Source: Dipteris shenzhenensis | Taxonomy: Eukaryota | Reading direction: 5' to 3' (one strand) | Length of the DNA stretch: 64,000 nt | Assembly (NCBI GenBank): GCA_047967505.1 | Contig: CM106538.1 | Part shown: piece after piece, positions 13,742 through 27,069 of the stretch | Layout: every line of letters begins with the position of its first letter | Position numbering within the stretch: the first letter of the stretch is position 1 | Notes under the pieces: generated by a model | What the model saw: only the letters and a program-made list of their open reading frames with translations | The model's database searches: none | What the model was told of the DNA's origin: nothing | Program-made: the position numbers and the translations under genes

Positions 13742-16700
13742 CTAGGTACACTGTCTAGGTACACTGTATCAGTCTGATGCAATTCCTCGCTTGCAACAAA
13801 CATATTTCCATGTTCATTTGCAAAATGACTGTGACTAGAATGTCCACCATGATGATTTCCTCTGCCTCGGGAATTTCCTCAATTACTGCTGGATTAACCG
13901 CCTTGGTCGTATTGCTTCTTGCGGCAATCTCTTTCATAGTGTCCAAACTTGTGACAGTAGTTGCACTGAATGTTTGACATGTTGGTGGATGCATTCCCTC
14001 GTCCTTGAAATCTTTCTCGATTGGAATGATTTCCTCTTTGCTAATTTTGATGTTGTTGAGGACGATGCTGATGCTGATGTTGATTCTGATGTTGATTTGT
14101 TGCTGATGATGACCACTTTTTTTATATGATCTACCTCTGCCTTTTCCTCTGCCTCTACTTCTATCTGAAGCTGTGAATGCCTAATCATTAGAATGACCTT
14201 TACGTGCTTGAATGGCCTGATTCTTGAGTTCTTCACCAAGTAGAACTGATTGAAGTTCTTCCAGTGTTGGAATTTGCCGTTGGATAGCAATACTCTGGAC
14301 TAGATTCTCGTATCCCTCTCCTAGTCCATTCAGTATTACTTGAACCATTTCTGCAGGGTTCATAGTCTCTCCTACTGCTGCAAGTTGATTGTTGTAGTCT
14401 TTTATGCGGAGAACATAAGCATGACTGGCTTCACTGCTATTGCAAAAACTCTGGTTGATTTGGTTTCTCAGGGTGAGAATCTTAGATGTGTTCTTGGACT
14501 CGTAGAGAGCTACGAACATATCCCATGCTTCTTTTGATGTCTTCACTGTGTTGAGTTGTCCTAGCATGACATCTTGCACACTTTGCTTGATCAGGTGATA
14601 GGCATACTTGTCTTTCTTATCCCATTCTGCTTGAGCTCGGGCAATGGTAGGATCTACTACTAGTGCAAAAACTATTTGTGTAGCTGTAGATGCCATTGTA
14701 GATCCCATTGCTGGTGCTATGACAACAGATGGAATAGAGCTATTTGTGGTTGGACCATCCAATGGTCTAGGTGTAGACCCATTGACATACTCCCGTTTGT
14801 CATGAAGTACAAGAATGGTATCCATTCGGTATTTCCATGTACCATAATTGGAGTTGTCTAACTTAGCAGATGCCTCCAGATTGAGGTTGCTAGTCATAGA
14901 CATGGTGCAAGAAATGTACTCAAAAGTGTCGTGAAAAATTTTGTATGAATCAACTGCAAATACATTGACTATGCCAAGTGAAATCTCTGAACTGTCAGTG
15001 AAGATCGAACTGCAATATATAAAATCTGATCTGTATTACAAGGCTTGTGGCAATGATGCCGGGAATAGCCAAGAGGCTTTATAAGGCTAAAATGATGTGC
15101 ACAATGCCATGAGATAGCCGAATAGGCTTTACAATGGTGGCATGTGTGTGTGAAATCAAATGCTATCTACCACTGAAACAATTTGCAATGCCTTTGAACT
15201 CTGAAGTCTGCTCACCGAATTGATGAACATAAGGTTTCAAGTAATGTAATGATGTGAAATAGTATGTGAGCATATGGACTGACTCCGAGTAGGTACTAGT
15301 CGGGAATTTTCGGCATGGCTTAGATTGGTAACTTGGGGAAATTCAAAGCATCCCCTCTATGGCGATCTAGTCTACTCTGATCTAGATCTAAACCAACCAT
15401 TGATTGATGAAAGAATAGCAAATAATTCCTTTTCTTTTGTTCTTTTTAAGTGTTGGGTCAGATGCATCGATGTAGAGGCAAATGTGCATGAAGGAAGTGG
15501 TTTTGTTGGCGAGGCTCAAATGTGAGTGTAACTTGCACCAAATTCTGCATGTGATGTGATGAGCATGTAGAGCACAAAAAACCGAGCGACTTTCCTTTTT
15601 GGAGCGCCCTCAAATTCTTCCTGGATCAAGAGATATGACTTGATCTAGGTGGAGGGACAAAAGGAGTGCAAATGTGCTGAATGATGATGTGTCACTATGG
15701 GTCACATGCAGTGATGATGTGGCATTGTGCCTAGAAAGAGGTGCGCCAGTGAAGCCCTATGCTGAGGTGGCAGGAGTGGTCACATGAAGTGACTATGGAG
15801 CACTGTGTGTGCCTGTAGAGGTCCAGTGTGATGTGGCAGCTGACTCGATTGCTTATGTGGCATGGTGCCACGTGTCAGAATGTTCACCACGTGGTGACCC
15901 AAATTTGACCCAGAGTTAACTTGACCTCAGGTTGCATTGACCAACCCTATCTTCAATGAACCTTACCATGGTTACAAGTGTGGTTTTGTGGATAAGATCC
16001 ACATGTCAGTTGATTGACCACACCTCTGTGTGGTGACCCTTGTGATAGGGTGAGTGGCTTGTGCCACGTGTCGCTCAATGGAGAGCCAAAATCTTTAAAG
16101 ATTCTATCTCGTTCTTCGTTGGAGCTAACAATGCTGAGGCGTTGCTAAAGAACTGTGAGCACTGGAGTAGAAGGGGCCATGAGCTATAGACGATCATCGT
16201 TGTGGTGTTGAAGGAGTGCTGGAGCTTCCGTTCGGCTGAGCGGATTGTTGGTCAAGTTGTTGCTAGTTGAAGGGCTAGAGGCAAGGGCTAGAGGCAAGCT
16301 CATAGTCGTTGCAAGAAAGTTGGCATTGGCACAGCTGCCTGTGTGCTTGCAACGAGAGGCACACCATGGATCGATTGGCGAGGTTGTTGATGGCAGATGC
16401 AGGAGGTCGGCAAAGGCTTTGGAGCCTTTGGCTATTGAGTCACGCTAGATATGTAGAGCGCATTGGAGTTTTGCTTGCTTTGGTTTGAGCACTGCAGCCG
16501 CCTAGAGCAGAGAGCCGCGAATGTAGAGGTCATTGAGGAGGTGCAGCTTTGTACGTAAATGGTTGGAGAGGTGGCTTGCATGGGCAGTTTTGAAGTGTTG
16601 TCGGTGAGCCCGTGAGCCAGCGGGTCAAAGCTTGGAGAAGCAAGCCGTCATGGATGAGCCCTCGCTATGGAGAATCAGGCCGTCGTGGATGAGCCCTCAC

Positions 16701-17503
16701 TAAGAAGGCTATGCATAGAGATCCTTATTCGTTGTAGGCATGTAGTCAAGGTCGGAGCCTTGGAGACTTGGCGAGCACGCAGGGGCTGATGCGCCTCACA
16801 TATGCAGTCGTTGAGGGAGTCCAAGAACTCTTTCTCACAGATATCTCCAAACCTCTCTCTTTCACACAATCTCTCAGAGTGAACCTCTCTCAACCAAACC
16901 TCTCACAATGGAATCCTCACAATCTCTCTCTCACTCAAGCTCTTGTAAGAGCTGAGATCTTTTCTCTCTCAATTGGCAAAGAGATGAGACTCTCTCTCTC
17001 ACAACCACAAAACTCTCAATGACGGAGTGAGTAGAATTCAATGGGAATTCTCTCAAAGAACTCTCACAATCTCTCAATGATAGAACGGAAACAAATGATG
17101 GAAATTTTCTATCAATGGACATAATTTTTTCTCTCACAAAAGAGAACTCTCACAAGAACACTCGAGAACTCTCAATCTCACAATCTCTCTCACACTCTCA
17201 AGAATCACAATGCCTCAGCGGAAGGTAGAACCATGCTCTGATACCATGACAAAATATGAAGAGAGGAGAGGAGAAGAGTGGAGATGAGGAGAGAGGGCAT
17301 AGCTAGAGAGCACACCACAAATGACTAACTGTACACTAGATTTAGTTGAAAAAATAGAATATATACAAACCCATTTAGGGTTAGTGTTAGGGGATCTAAA
17401 CCTTTCCTTTACAGCACTCTATAAGGTTAGTGCTATGCACATATGATCACGTGATGGTGCTATGCACACATGATCACATGATGTTGAGCATGAACTCTCA
17501 ACA
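13742..17503 (-). mobile_element. Ty1/Copia family C, 5' half only (LTR, PBS, long leader, gag, truncated at protease)
   Basis: LTR 17503-17247 (TGTTGAG...TGTCA); PBS TGGTATCAGAGC at 17246-17235; gag ORF 14903-14181 (KLDNSNYGTWKYRM...SKEAWD); CCHC knuckle CNYCHKFGHYERDC near 13925-13965; ends at protease VYLDS (~13755). Confidence 0.88.
14181..14903 (-). pseudogene. Copia gag (family C)
   Basis: 240-aa ORF with Copia gag motifs, ending at a premature stop; homology continues toward the knuckle and protease. Confidence 0.85.
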
Positions 17504-17820
17504 TGTTGCATACTTGGGTATCTCACATGCACGATGGGTTGCTTTCCCTATCAAATGTAGTACCAGCCCTCTCAGATATTAGCAACTTTTTTCACTCAGT
17601 TGCTCGACCTAGGAGAGGTGACATCCTTAGGCAAGAGATAGGTCTCCGCTAGCAACTGGCTACTCTTCAGAGAAAAGAGCATAAGGGGCTTATAGATGCT
17701 TGGGTTCAGGAGCACATTGTTGCAGCAAGGGCTCAGCAGTAGCACTCATTCCTGGATCAGAGAGCAAAGTATGCCTTTCATGCCAGGGAGTCATTTTGGA
17801 CCCAAACGGGAGGTAGGTTT

Positions 17821-20800
17821 TATTAGATATCAAAACTCCACTCTCGTCTAGCTACGTGGGAACCAGCTAACTCTACTTGTAAGCCCCCCATATCAGCAGA
17901 AGGCATTTGAGTAGCTAGGTTATCCAGTAGGTCCTGGTTTGGACACTAGATGGGGGCCATGTGTGGCCTGATGGCTGGACCACTTCAGATAGAGTTGGCA
18001 CACTACCAACTAGGCTACATGCAAGTGTGGGAAGGCATCCCATGACTCACCGCACTAAGGGTAGATGGAGCATTTCGCAGGGCAGCCTACTCTAGGGTTG
18101 TGGGGCTCATTTGGAGCCCCAAATGATCTCGGATGGGGCTCTGGGGCTGAACAGAGGCTGAACAGAGACTGTAGGTTAGTTGCTCTATTTTGCCCCATAG
18201 TTCTAATGTGTGGTCGGTGGTCGGGACTGACCTCCAGTCGGCCATTTTGGGCCGACTGGGTCGGTCTCCAAATTGGGTCTAACCGACTACGACTGGTGGC
18301 TATATAAGAGCAAGCTCATGAAGCCCATATTTATCACTAGCTACAACAACCCTAATTCCTTAGCATCCAACCTCTGTCCTCTACTGTTTCCAGCATGCCA
18401 TCAAAGCTTCTCACACAAGAGCAAACGGTTGGGAGGCAACGCCATCTATTGTATCAATTTTACAGTAATCAAATTTGGATTCTCCATACTATTTGCTTTT
18501 ATCTCTTGCATACAAGATCCTGTTATCTGTTGAGCATGGACGTTGTATTGTTTTCTTACATGGTATCAGAGCTTGGGCTCTAGCAAGAAGATTTGGTGGT
18601 GTGTTTTTGTTTGCGAGCAGATTGTGAGAGATGGCCCAACCTGCAAGACTGCAAATCCCACCGTTCGGCGAAAGTGGAAAGTTGGACGGCACTAACAATT
18701 CACTCTAGAAGTTCAAGATGAAGACCATCCTAAGCGCATACGAGCTTTGGGATACTGCTACTGGGGTGGACATGAAGTCGGTTGCGAGATCGGATCCAGC
18801 CAATGCAGGACAACAGATAGTACCAACTATAGATCATATTCTTGTGTGGACAAGAAGAAATGCAGATGTGCAGTGTAAGTGATTCTATCATGGCATTAAT
18901 TCAACATGTCACCACAGCGGAGGAGGCATGGACGGTCTTGAAAAATCAATATGAGACCATGAATCAGACGTGGATTCATAATCTAGAGACTCAACTCACG
19001 AATGAGAAACTGTCTGAGTCTCAAACGGCAGAGAAGTTCATCACCATGGTGAAGAATCTACGCGACCAGATGACTGCGATTGGCATCACCATCACCAGCG
19101 AGAATCTAGCACGAAGGTGCATACAAATTCTCCCACCAAAGTATGACGGTCTTGTTATGGTGCTGAATATGCAGAACAAAAATCCGCCCCTCAACTTTGA
19201 GGATTTCAGTGCTATGCTTCTGGAGGAGGAGATGCGTCAAAAGACGAGGATAGGAGAAGATTCGGCTTTCTCGGCTGGATCAAAGAAAGGTAAGGGTAAG
19301 GACTCTGGTAACCCATCTTCTTCTGATGATAAAAAAAGAAAGAAGAAGATCAAGTGCTTCTATTGCAACAAGGCAGGGAACAAGCAGAATGAGTGCCAGA
19401 AGAAGATTGCAGATGAGAAGAATGGAGTAAAGAAAGAGTCCAGCAACAGTGCACAGGAAGTACCACTAGAGCTGTTCATAGCAATTGAGAAGATTTTCAT
19501 GGAGGCAGTTCATGTACCTATAGATGAACCTTGGATTATTGACAGTGGTGCATCACGCCACATGACCAATCAGAAGGATTTATATATCTCTCTACATCCG
19601 GTAGGGAATGACATCCTGGTAGCAATTGGCAACGATGCAAAATGTCTAGCAAAAGAAAAAGGTACGATTGCTCTCAAGTCAAATGGAGGTACACGGTGCA
19701 ACAACATCTACAAACTCTCAGCTTTCAGTGCTCGAGCCGATGTGAGCAACACTAAGCTGTGGCATGAAAGGTTTGGTCATCTAAACCTTAGTTCTTTAAA
19801 GGAGATGCATAAAAGAGGAATGATTGCAGACCTACCAGAAATTATAGATCTGCCTGATGTATGTGAAGCTTACATGATGGGCAAGCAGCATTGGCAGCCC
19901 TTTCCTAATAAGGCCAGTAGGGCAAAGGCTCCTCTAGAGCTCATTCACGCGGACCTTTGCAAAAATATGGAGATGGAAGCTTTCGGTGGTTCCTACTACT
20001 TCATGACGCTGATCGATGACTACAATAGAAGGATATGGATATACTTCCTGAAGACTAAAGATGAGGCTTTTAGTAAGTTCAAAGAATGGCATGTAATGGT
20101 CGAGAAAAAAATAGGGAGGAAGCTGAAGAAGTTGAGATCAGACAGAGGTGGAGAGTTCATATCAAGTGAATTTGAAAGTTACTGCAAAAGTCACAGGATC
20201 AAGAGGCAGAAACCCCCACCACATACATCACAGCAAAATGTAGCAGAGCGCCAACCTTTTTTGGTAAGAAACCTTCAGCTACACATTTCAGAGTTTTTGG
20301 ATGTGACTGTTTTGTGCATGTCCCTGATGCTAATAGGACCAAATGGGAACCAAAGAGCTGGAAGTGTATTCTCTTGGGCTATAGTGAAGAGGTAAAGGGT
20401 TACCATCTCTATAATCCTATTACCAAGAAGGTAATAGTAAGTTGCGATGTAGTCTTCTTAGAACAGCCGCATCAATTGGAGGAGGATGCTTCCTTCCCAG
20501 ACAACCAAGACCAAGATATCCATCCGATACAACCACCAATAGCAGACCGAACTCCCCCAACAGTGCTTGGGAGGATTCAAGATAAAGAAGAGAAAGAAGA
20601 GCTTATAGAACCACAACAGCAATGGCCATTCCCAAAGTGGGTAAAGCAGCTTTTGGATGGGAGAGAACCTCCAGCTATTGAGGAGGAACCATCCGCACAG
20701 CACCGGTCCAAGAGATTAGAGGAGCGAAGAAGGGCGCAGAAACACTTGGTCAACTATGCTTTGATGACAGAGGTGATCTGTGCTGAAGAACCCAAGTGTC

Positions 20801-22900
20801 TTGAAGAAGCACAGGGTGATGATAGGTGGATGAAGGCTTGCAGTCGAAGTATGGCTCCATAATGAAGAACAACAATTGGGACCTTGTGGATCGACCACCA
20901 AAACGCAAGGTAATGGGCACCAAGTGGGTGTACAAGACCAAGTACAAGTCCGACGGTACATTGGATAAGTACAAGGCTCGGCTTGTGGCAAAAGTATTCG
21001 CACAGATACATGGTTTTGATTATCAGGATACTTTTGCTCCCATAGCTCAACTAACCACAATTCACAGTATTTTGGCTTTAGCAGCACAGGAAAGTTGGCT
21101 CGTGTTTCAGATGGATGTAAAATCTGCCTTTTTGAATGGAGATCTCAAGGAGGAGATATACGTGGAACAACCACCAGGTTTTGTGATCCTCAGTTCAGAA
21201 GCCTCAGTTCAGAAGGTAAAGTCTGTAAACTAAAGAAGGCACTTTATGGGCTGAAACAGGCCCCACGAGCATGGTACCAGCAGATTGATGCCTACTTTTT
21301 GCAAAACAGGTTTAGGAGGAGCCCATCTAATGCAAATTTGTATATCTACAGAGAAGGAGGCAGGTGTATGATGGTGGTCCTTTACGTGGACGACCTTGTC
21401 ATAATAGGGAACCATGAAGAAAATATCTCACAGACAAAGCAGTTGCTAGGAAGAGAGTTTGAAATGACAGACCTCGGACAGATGCATTTCTATTTGGGGA
21501 TGGAAGTTTGGCAAGAGCCAAAATAGATCATCTCACAGTTGAAGTATGCTGGAGAGATACTGAAGGCATTTGGCATGGCTGAGTGCAAGACAGTTGGCAC
21601 CCCTATGGAGGTTGATGTGAAGCTCTCAAACGAGGATTCATCACCACTCGTGGCAAAGGAAAGTACAGAAGGCTTATGGGCGGTTTGATTTACTTGTGCA
21701 ACACGCAGCCAGGCATCAGTTTTGCGACTGGTGTATTAAGCAGGTTTTCCAATAAGCCCCGGGAGAACCATTGGAGGGTAGGGATGCGGGTGCTAAAATA
21801 CATCAAAGGCACACTTGATTATGGCATCACCTATACCAAGGGCAACATCTTGACTGGTTCTATGACTCAGATTGGGCAGGAGACATGGACAGCAAGAGAT
21901 CAGTGACAGGTTACTGTTTCTCACTTGGATCCGGAGCTGTGTCATGGGTCAGCAAGAAGCAACCTACAGTTGCTCTTTCTTCTACTGAGGCTGAGTAAAA
22001 ATCAGCATGTTTTGCTTCTTGTGAGGCAGCGTGGTTGAGGAGGATTTTAGGGGACATGCGTGCAGTGCAGAACAAACCTATGCAATTATCATGTGACAAT
22101 CAGAGTTGCATGGCAATTGCAAAGAACCCTGTGTTCCACGCTCGCACAAAACACATTGAGATTCAATATCACTTTGTACGCGAGCTCATCATGGATGGAG
22201 AGGTCGACTTGGTGTACTGTCCGACTATAGAGAATGATGCGGACATCTTCACGAAGGCTCTTGGAAGAGACTTGCTGCAGAGGCATCTTCATCGACTAGG
22301 CATTGGCTCGGCATTGGACCGAAAAGTAGTTCACTTAGGGGTGGACATTAAGGGGCGGTGTTAGATATCAATGCTCCACTCTCATGTAACTACACGAGAA
22401 CCAGCTAGCTCTACTTGTAAGCCCCCATATGAGGATAAGGCATTTGAGTAGCTAGGTTATCTGGTAGGTCCTAGTTTGGACACCAGATGGGGGCCATGTG
22501 TGGCATGATGGCTAGACGGCTTCAGATAGAGTTGGCACACTGCCAACTAGGCTACATGCAAGTGCAGGAAGGCATCCCATGACTGACCACACTGAGGGTA
22601 GACAGAGCATTTCTCGGGGTAGCCCACTCTCAAGTTGCGGGGCCCGTTTGGAGCTCCAGATGATCTCGGATGGCTTTGGGTCGAACGGACTCTGTAAGTG
22701 AGTTGCTCTATTCTGCGCCACAGTTCTAACGTATGGTCAGTGGCCTATTTCGGGACCGACCTCCAGTCGGCCATTTTGGGCCAACTAGGTCAGTCTCCCA
22801 ATTGGGTCTAACTGACTACGACTAGTGGCTATATAAGAGCAAGCCCGTGAAGCCCATATTTATCACTGGCTATAGCAACCCTGGTTCCTTAGCATCCAAC
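17821..22900 (+). mobile_element. Ty1/Copia family B, copy B1 (3' LTR truncated)
   Basis: 5' LTR 17821-18560; PBS TGGTATCAGAGC 18561-18572; degenerate gag-pol from ATG 18631 (WIIDSGAS, LWHERFGH, LRSDRGGEF, QMDVKSAFLNG, YVDDL, HARTKHIE); PPT ~22350-22358; 3' LTR 22359-22900. Two ~140-150 bp deletions relative to B2. Confidence 0.93.
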
Positions 22901-23069
22901 AGAAACAAATATACATAAGGGACTATTTAAAATAGTTTTGGAAAAATTTTACAATTTTGTATAGAAAAGGGGTACATTTTATTAATGAAAAATTTACAGA
23001 TAAGGGATTTTAGAAATAGGCCTTGAATGCACGTGGTATAGAGAATTTATACTTAGTGGCCCCCCCGAG
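22901..23069 (-). mobile_element. Half MITE of the CTCG/8-bp-TSD family (left ~170 bp, inverted)
   Basis: Reverse complement aligns to 56840-57010, including the terminus CTCGGGGGGGCCACT. Confidence 0.85.
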
Positions 23070-23929
23070 GTACAATCATCCAATCAAAGAATCTCCTATC
23101 GATCCAAGGAGCTTAGATCAAGAAACACTCGTAATAAGGAAACACAATTTGAAATAGCCACACAATTCAAATTGTGTGGGAGGCCTATAAATCTCATCAA
23201 GGAAACACAATAGTACAGCTACAGAGACTTCAATTGATACAAGGAGCTTATAGTAGGCAACTCTGCTATGGGCTCATGATGTGAAACACGGTCAGAGCCT
23301 TGAGATTGAGTGGGAGGCCTGCAGACCTCATGCAGGAATGAAGCTTTCTCAACCAAAGAGTTGGCATTCAATCAAAGGAGCTTCTATCAGGAAACACTAC
23401 TAAGAATTGCAACATTCAACCATCAGGCTTCTTAGATTGGGTGGAGGCTTGCAGAACATTGTGAGGGAATTAAAGGATCAGAGGATCAAATTCAATAATG
23501 CTCTTTAAAATCGCATCTATAGTCATGTGAGTGCAATCAATTTTGTGACAATGGCTACCCTTGAGGAAGGAACTCTAGCCTATTGATACTGATTAGCTGA
23601 CACCCGAACAAAGGTGATTGGATTCATCCACACACCACTTTGCGATGGTCAAAGGGACATCAACGTTTATCTTACAAGAAAGTGTCACAAAAACCCAACA
23701 CAAACATGGCATCCTAGCACATTGACAGATAACCCCAATAAGAAGATATAATGTAGATGCACAGTCATCAACAATTGGTCCCACAAGGACACTTTCCTTC
23801 CTTGAAATTGTGAATGCAAGGATATATCTTTGCTTTGGGGATGTCTCCTATCTCTTGCAACAAATGCATGCACCGTTCCCAACAACAAGCTTGCTTGCAT
23901 TGGCATCCCCAACAACAAGTCTTCTTGCA

Positions 23930-23990
23930 TCTCACTTGCATTGGGAACACAAGAGTGGTTGATGAAGGAAGGAAGTACCCAAATTGGTTG
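23930..23990 (-). pseudogene. Short SET-domain gene fragment
   Basis: Encodes IWVLPSFINHSCVPNA, containing the SET signature NHSCxPN; the flanks are not obviously SET-like. Confidence 0.55.
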
Positions 23991-24198
23991 CTTGAAATAT
24001 GGGACAATACGCATTGTCATTGTGGTAGATTTGGAAAGAAACTGAGGGTGTGACAGACTTACCAGAAAAGAGCTTGCTACCAAGATTTAATCAATACAAT
24101 GATTAGTAGCTTTGTACTCCCTATCAACTCTTCCAATGACTGGGGTTGCTTGACTTCATTTGAAAGCTGAGTTGATGTACTCTGGATTAAACAAGAGT

Positions 24199-24456
24199 CT
24201 CGAGGGGTTCACCTTAAAAACTTTTATGATACCACGTGCATTCACAAGGAGGAGTATTTAAAATCAACCTTTTGGAAAAATTTAACAAGATTGCAATAAC
24301 AAGAGGGGATTTTTAATATAACTTTAGACAAAAAGCACTTAGTTCATAAGTAAAGAGGGGTAAGTTTTATTTGGGGGAAAATTTTACTAAAGGTTTTTCT
24401 TAATGCCCCTTGAATGTATGTGATACTTACAATTTCTTACTAGTGCACCCCTTGAG
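24199..24456. mobile_element. MITE, 258 bp, 8-bp TSD
   Basis: TIRs CTCGAGGGGTTCAC / GTGCACCCCTTGAG; flanks ACAAGAGT (24191-24198) and ACAAGAGG (24457-24464), 7/8 identical. Confidence 0.82.
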
Positions 24457-24559
24457 ACAAGAGGCTAGGACTATTTGCGAGAAAATGAATCAATGAGCAT
24501 AATAAAGAGCAACAGATAATAGGAGACATGTAGAGTTAATATGGCAGGTTATGCAATCA

Positions 24560-25105
24560 TGCAATAGATGTGTCATGTTAAATTATATGGCGCAGCGAAA
24601 CAGAAACTGAACAAAGAATAGAGTACACAGCAAACTGGAGAGGAACAAAATTTTCCTTCAATACTGATGTAGTATAAATGATGGCTCCGTCCACTCGTGC
24701 ACTCTCATAGTGGAGCTTAGATGGTGATCTAGACAGATACTAGGTGAAGAGCTACTAGCTGGAAGATCTGATCTCATCTGAACTGATCTGATACAATGAA
24801 CTTGGGAGGTCGCCTCTTTATAGCTATGAGGGTGGTAGTTGGATCAACGTAGTCAGTGGAACCAACTAGTCATCCATGGAATATTCAAGGAATATTTCCT
24901 ATACCGTCGCCTCGACGGCTCCCGCCCCCAAACCCCCACTAGGGGGGCCAGCTGGCCCCCAGGTCCTAGCAAGAATAAGGGGCTCCCACACAATCACCTT
25001 TCTACCATCAACGGTCTTATTGATAGACCTCATCTGACATGCAAGTCAGGATCCATCCAGTGTCCCGGGCTCACACATGGCTTCTCCTCATATGGGGGCC
25101 TTACA
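24560..25105 (-). repeat. Possible LTR fragment
   Basis: Minus strand starts TGTAAGGCCCC at 25105 and has a TTTCGCTGCG-like motif near 24590; no partner end or TSD found. Confidence 0.3.
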
Positions 25106-25308
25106 ACTTGAGCACCTTGGACCATTGATGGTTATCAAGAGGATGGGGCATTAATTATATCTAACATGTCATGCTCAACATAGTAGAAAGAGCAATAGAT
25201 AATAGTAGACATGCAGAGTTTGAATGGCAAGTTAAGCAATCATGCAATTGGTGAATACCAACATTACTTTTAGAGGAACAAAGAATTTGCAAACTTAGCA
25301 CATCTAGA

Positions 25309-26720
25309 GTGGACAAGAAATACTTGAAGATTGTCATTTTTTTATTGCTTATGCTTTTATATCTCAAGAGAAGGCATATGGTACCAAATGAAAGAATGAA
25401 TTTTTTTGGAACCATGGCAACGCTCATGTCAACTATAGTAAATGATGTTGCTATGAAAAGTGTGTGGGTTCATGATTTGCTGCTTCACCATATAGATTCA
25501 TGGGAGTGTAATGTATACCCATTCTATGAAGCTAAAGACTTTTGGTCACAATATCGATGTTCTAGGGCTCCCTTTGAGTGGTTATGTTCTACTATCTTCC
25601 GACCCTATGGATTTGAGGTAACTGACTTGGGACCAAATAAAAGAGTCATCTCTTTATGACATAGGGTTGCCATTTCTCTATGGCGTCTTACCCATGGGGA
25701 TAGCCAATTGTCCATAAGCTCCAACTTATTTTGTGATCAAAGTATAGTGGCAAGGATCATATAAGAGGGACTTCATATCATAACCCAATATTGGATGGAG
25801 GTGTATATCACATGGCCATATGGTGAACAGGCTAAGAAAATTTGAAAGAAATTTGAGGATTTGCATGGATTCCCTCGAGTGATAGCCTCCGTGGATGGAA
25901 GCCACATTCCTATTGTAAAACCTTTGTTGGGTGGCAATGAATTCTATAACTACAAGTCATTCTACTCCATAATCTTGATGGTAGCTGTAGATGTGGACCA
26001 ACAATTCCTTGAGATTGATGTGGGTATGTGTGGCAATATTCATGATGCAAAGGCACTTGCTTTACCCAAGATTAGGCATAGGGGGATGGAAGGCCAAATA
26101 GCTCGCGAGGGATATTGGCTATCAGGAGATACAGCCTTCAATCCCCCCAAACTAAGCCCAAACCATGGTTGATGTTCCCGTACAAGAGATCCCATGGTCA
26201 ACATATTGCTACACAATGAGCTTTCAAGTATGCCTTTAGCGCCACTCAAATATGCGTTGAGCAGGCTTTTGGAAGCTTAAACGCAAGGTTTTGAATTTTA
26301 TTGAAATGCATGGAAGCATATTTGAACACGAACATACTCACAATTGCAACCTATTGTGCCTTGCATAATATGCTTCTTGTCAAAAATGAAGTGGGAGATC
26401 CTTCATTGGATAGAGGAGGCCAAGGTTCTACTACATGCTGCAAAGTTGGGTAGTAAAAGAAGAAAGTAAGGAGCAGATGAACCCACACAGATGGTCGCAA
26501 TCAAGGTTGCCGTTACAGATGCACAATTGGATGAACTTCAATCATGTAGGAATCATGTGCTATGGCTATAGAAGCTACTTTCTTAGCCAGGCCAACACAT
26601 CCAAGTCCAAGTTCTACAGCCTTTGATGATGATGAGGATGTTGCTAAATCAGTAATAATTAGAGATAACCTTGCAGAATTGTTTCTTTTAAAGAAACACA
26701 TGATGGTCTCAACATTTTCT
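25309..26720 (+). pseudogene. PIF/Harbinger DDE transposase (HARBI1/ALP1-like) pseudogene
   Basis: GFPRVIASVDGSHIPI, FYNYKSFYSIIL, GNIHDAKAL, WLSGDTAF, VEQAFGSL, CALHNML and C-terminal IRDNLAE; multiple stops and frameshifts. Confidence 0.88.
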
Positions 26721-27069
26721 TGGGTCTAGCCAATCGCGAAACTATTTTCAAGGCCATTTTGGGGCCACGACGCGATGCGCTTCTGAGTGAATATTTGAAT
26801 TTTGTGTGGACCTGCGTTCTTGCCACAGAAATTTTTTCGATGTCATGAATGTGCACTGGCACAATAATGAGAAAGAATAGAAGACAACTTACTCGAAAGA
26901 AGACAATGGCAAACCAAAGTCTACGCAAGGCCACATCGAGGTGCATGCGGGTTGCAAGGCATTTGCAGGGCAAGGGTAGGTTGTAGATACTTAATCTTCC
27001 AAGATTTGATGGGCGGGAGGTGTGAAAATTTGAAATTCGTGGGAGTAGTGAAACTTCAGCACAACTTTT

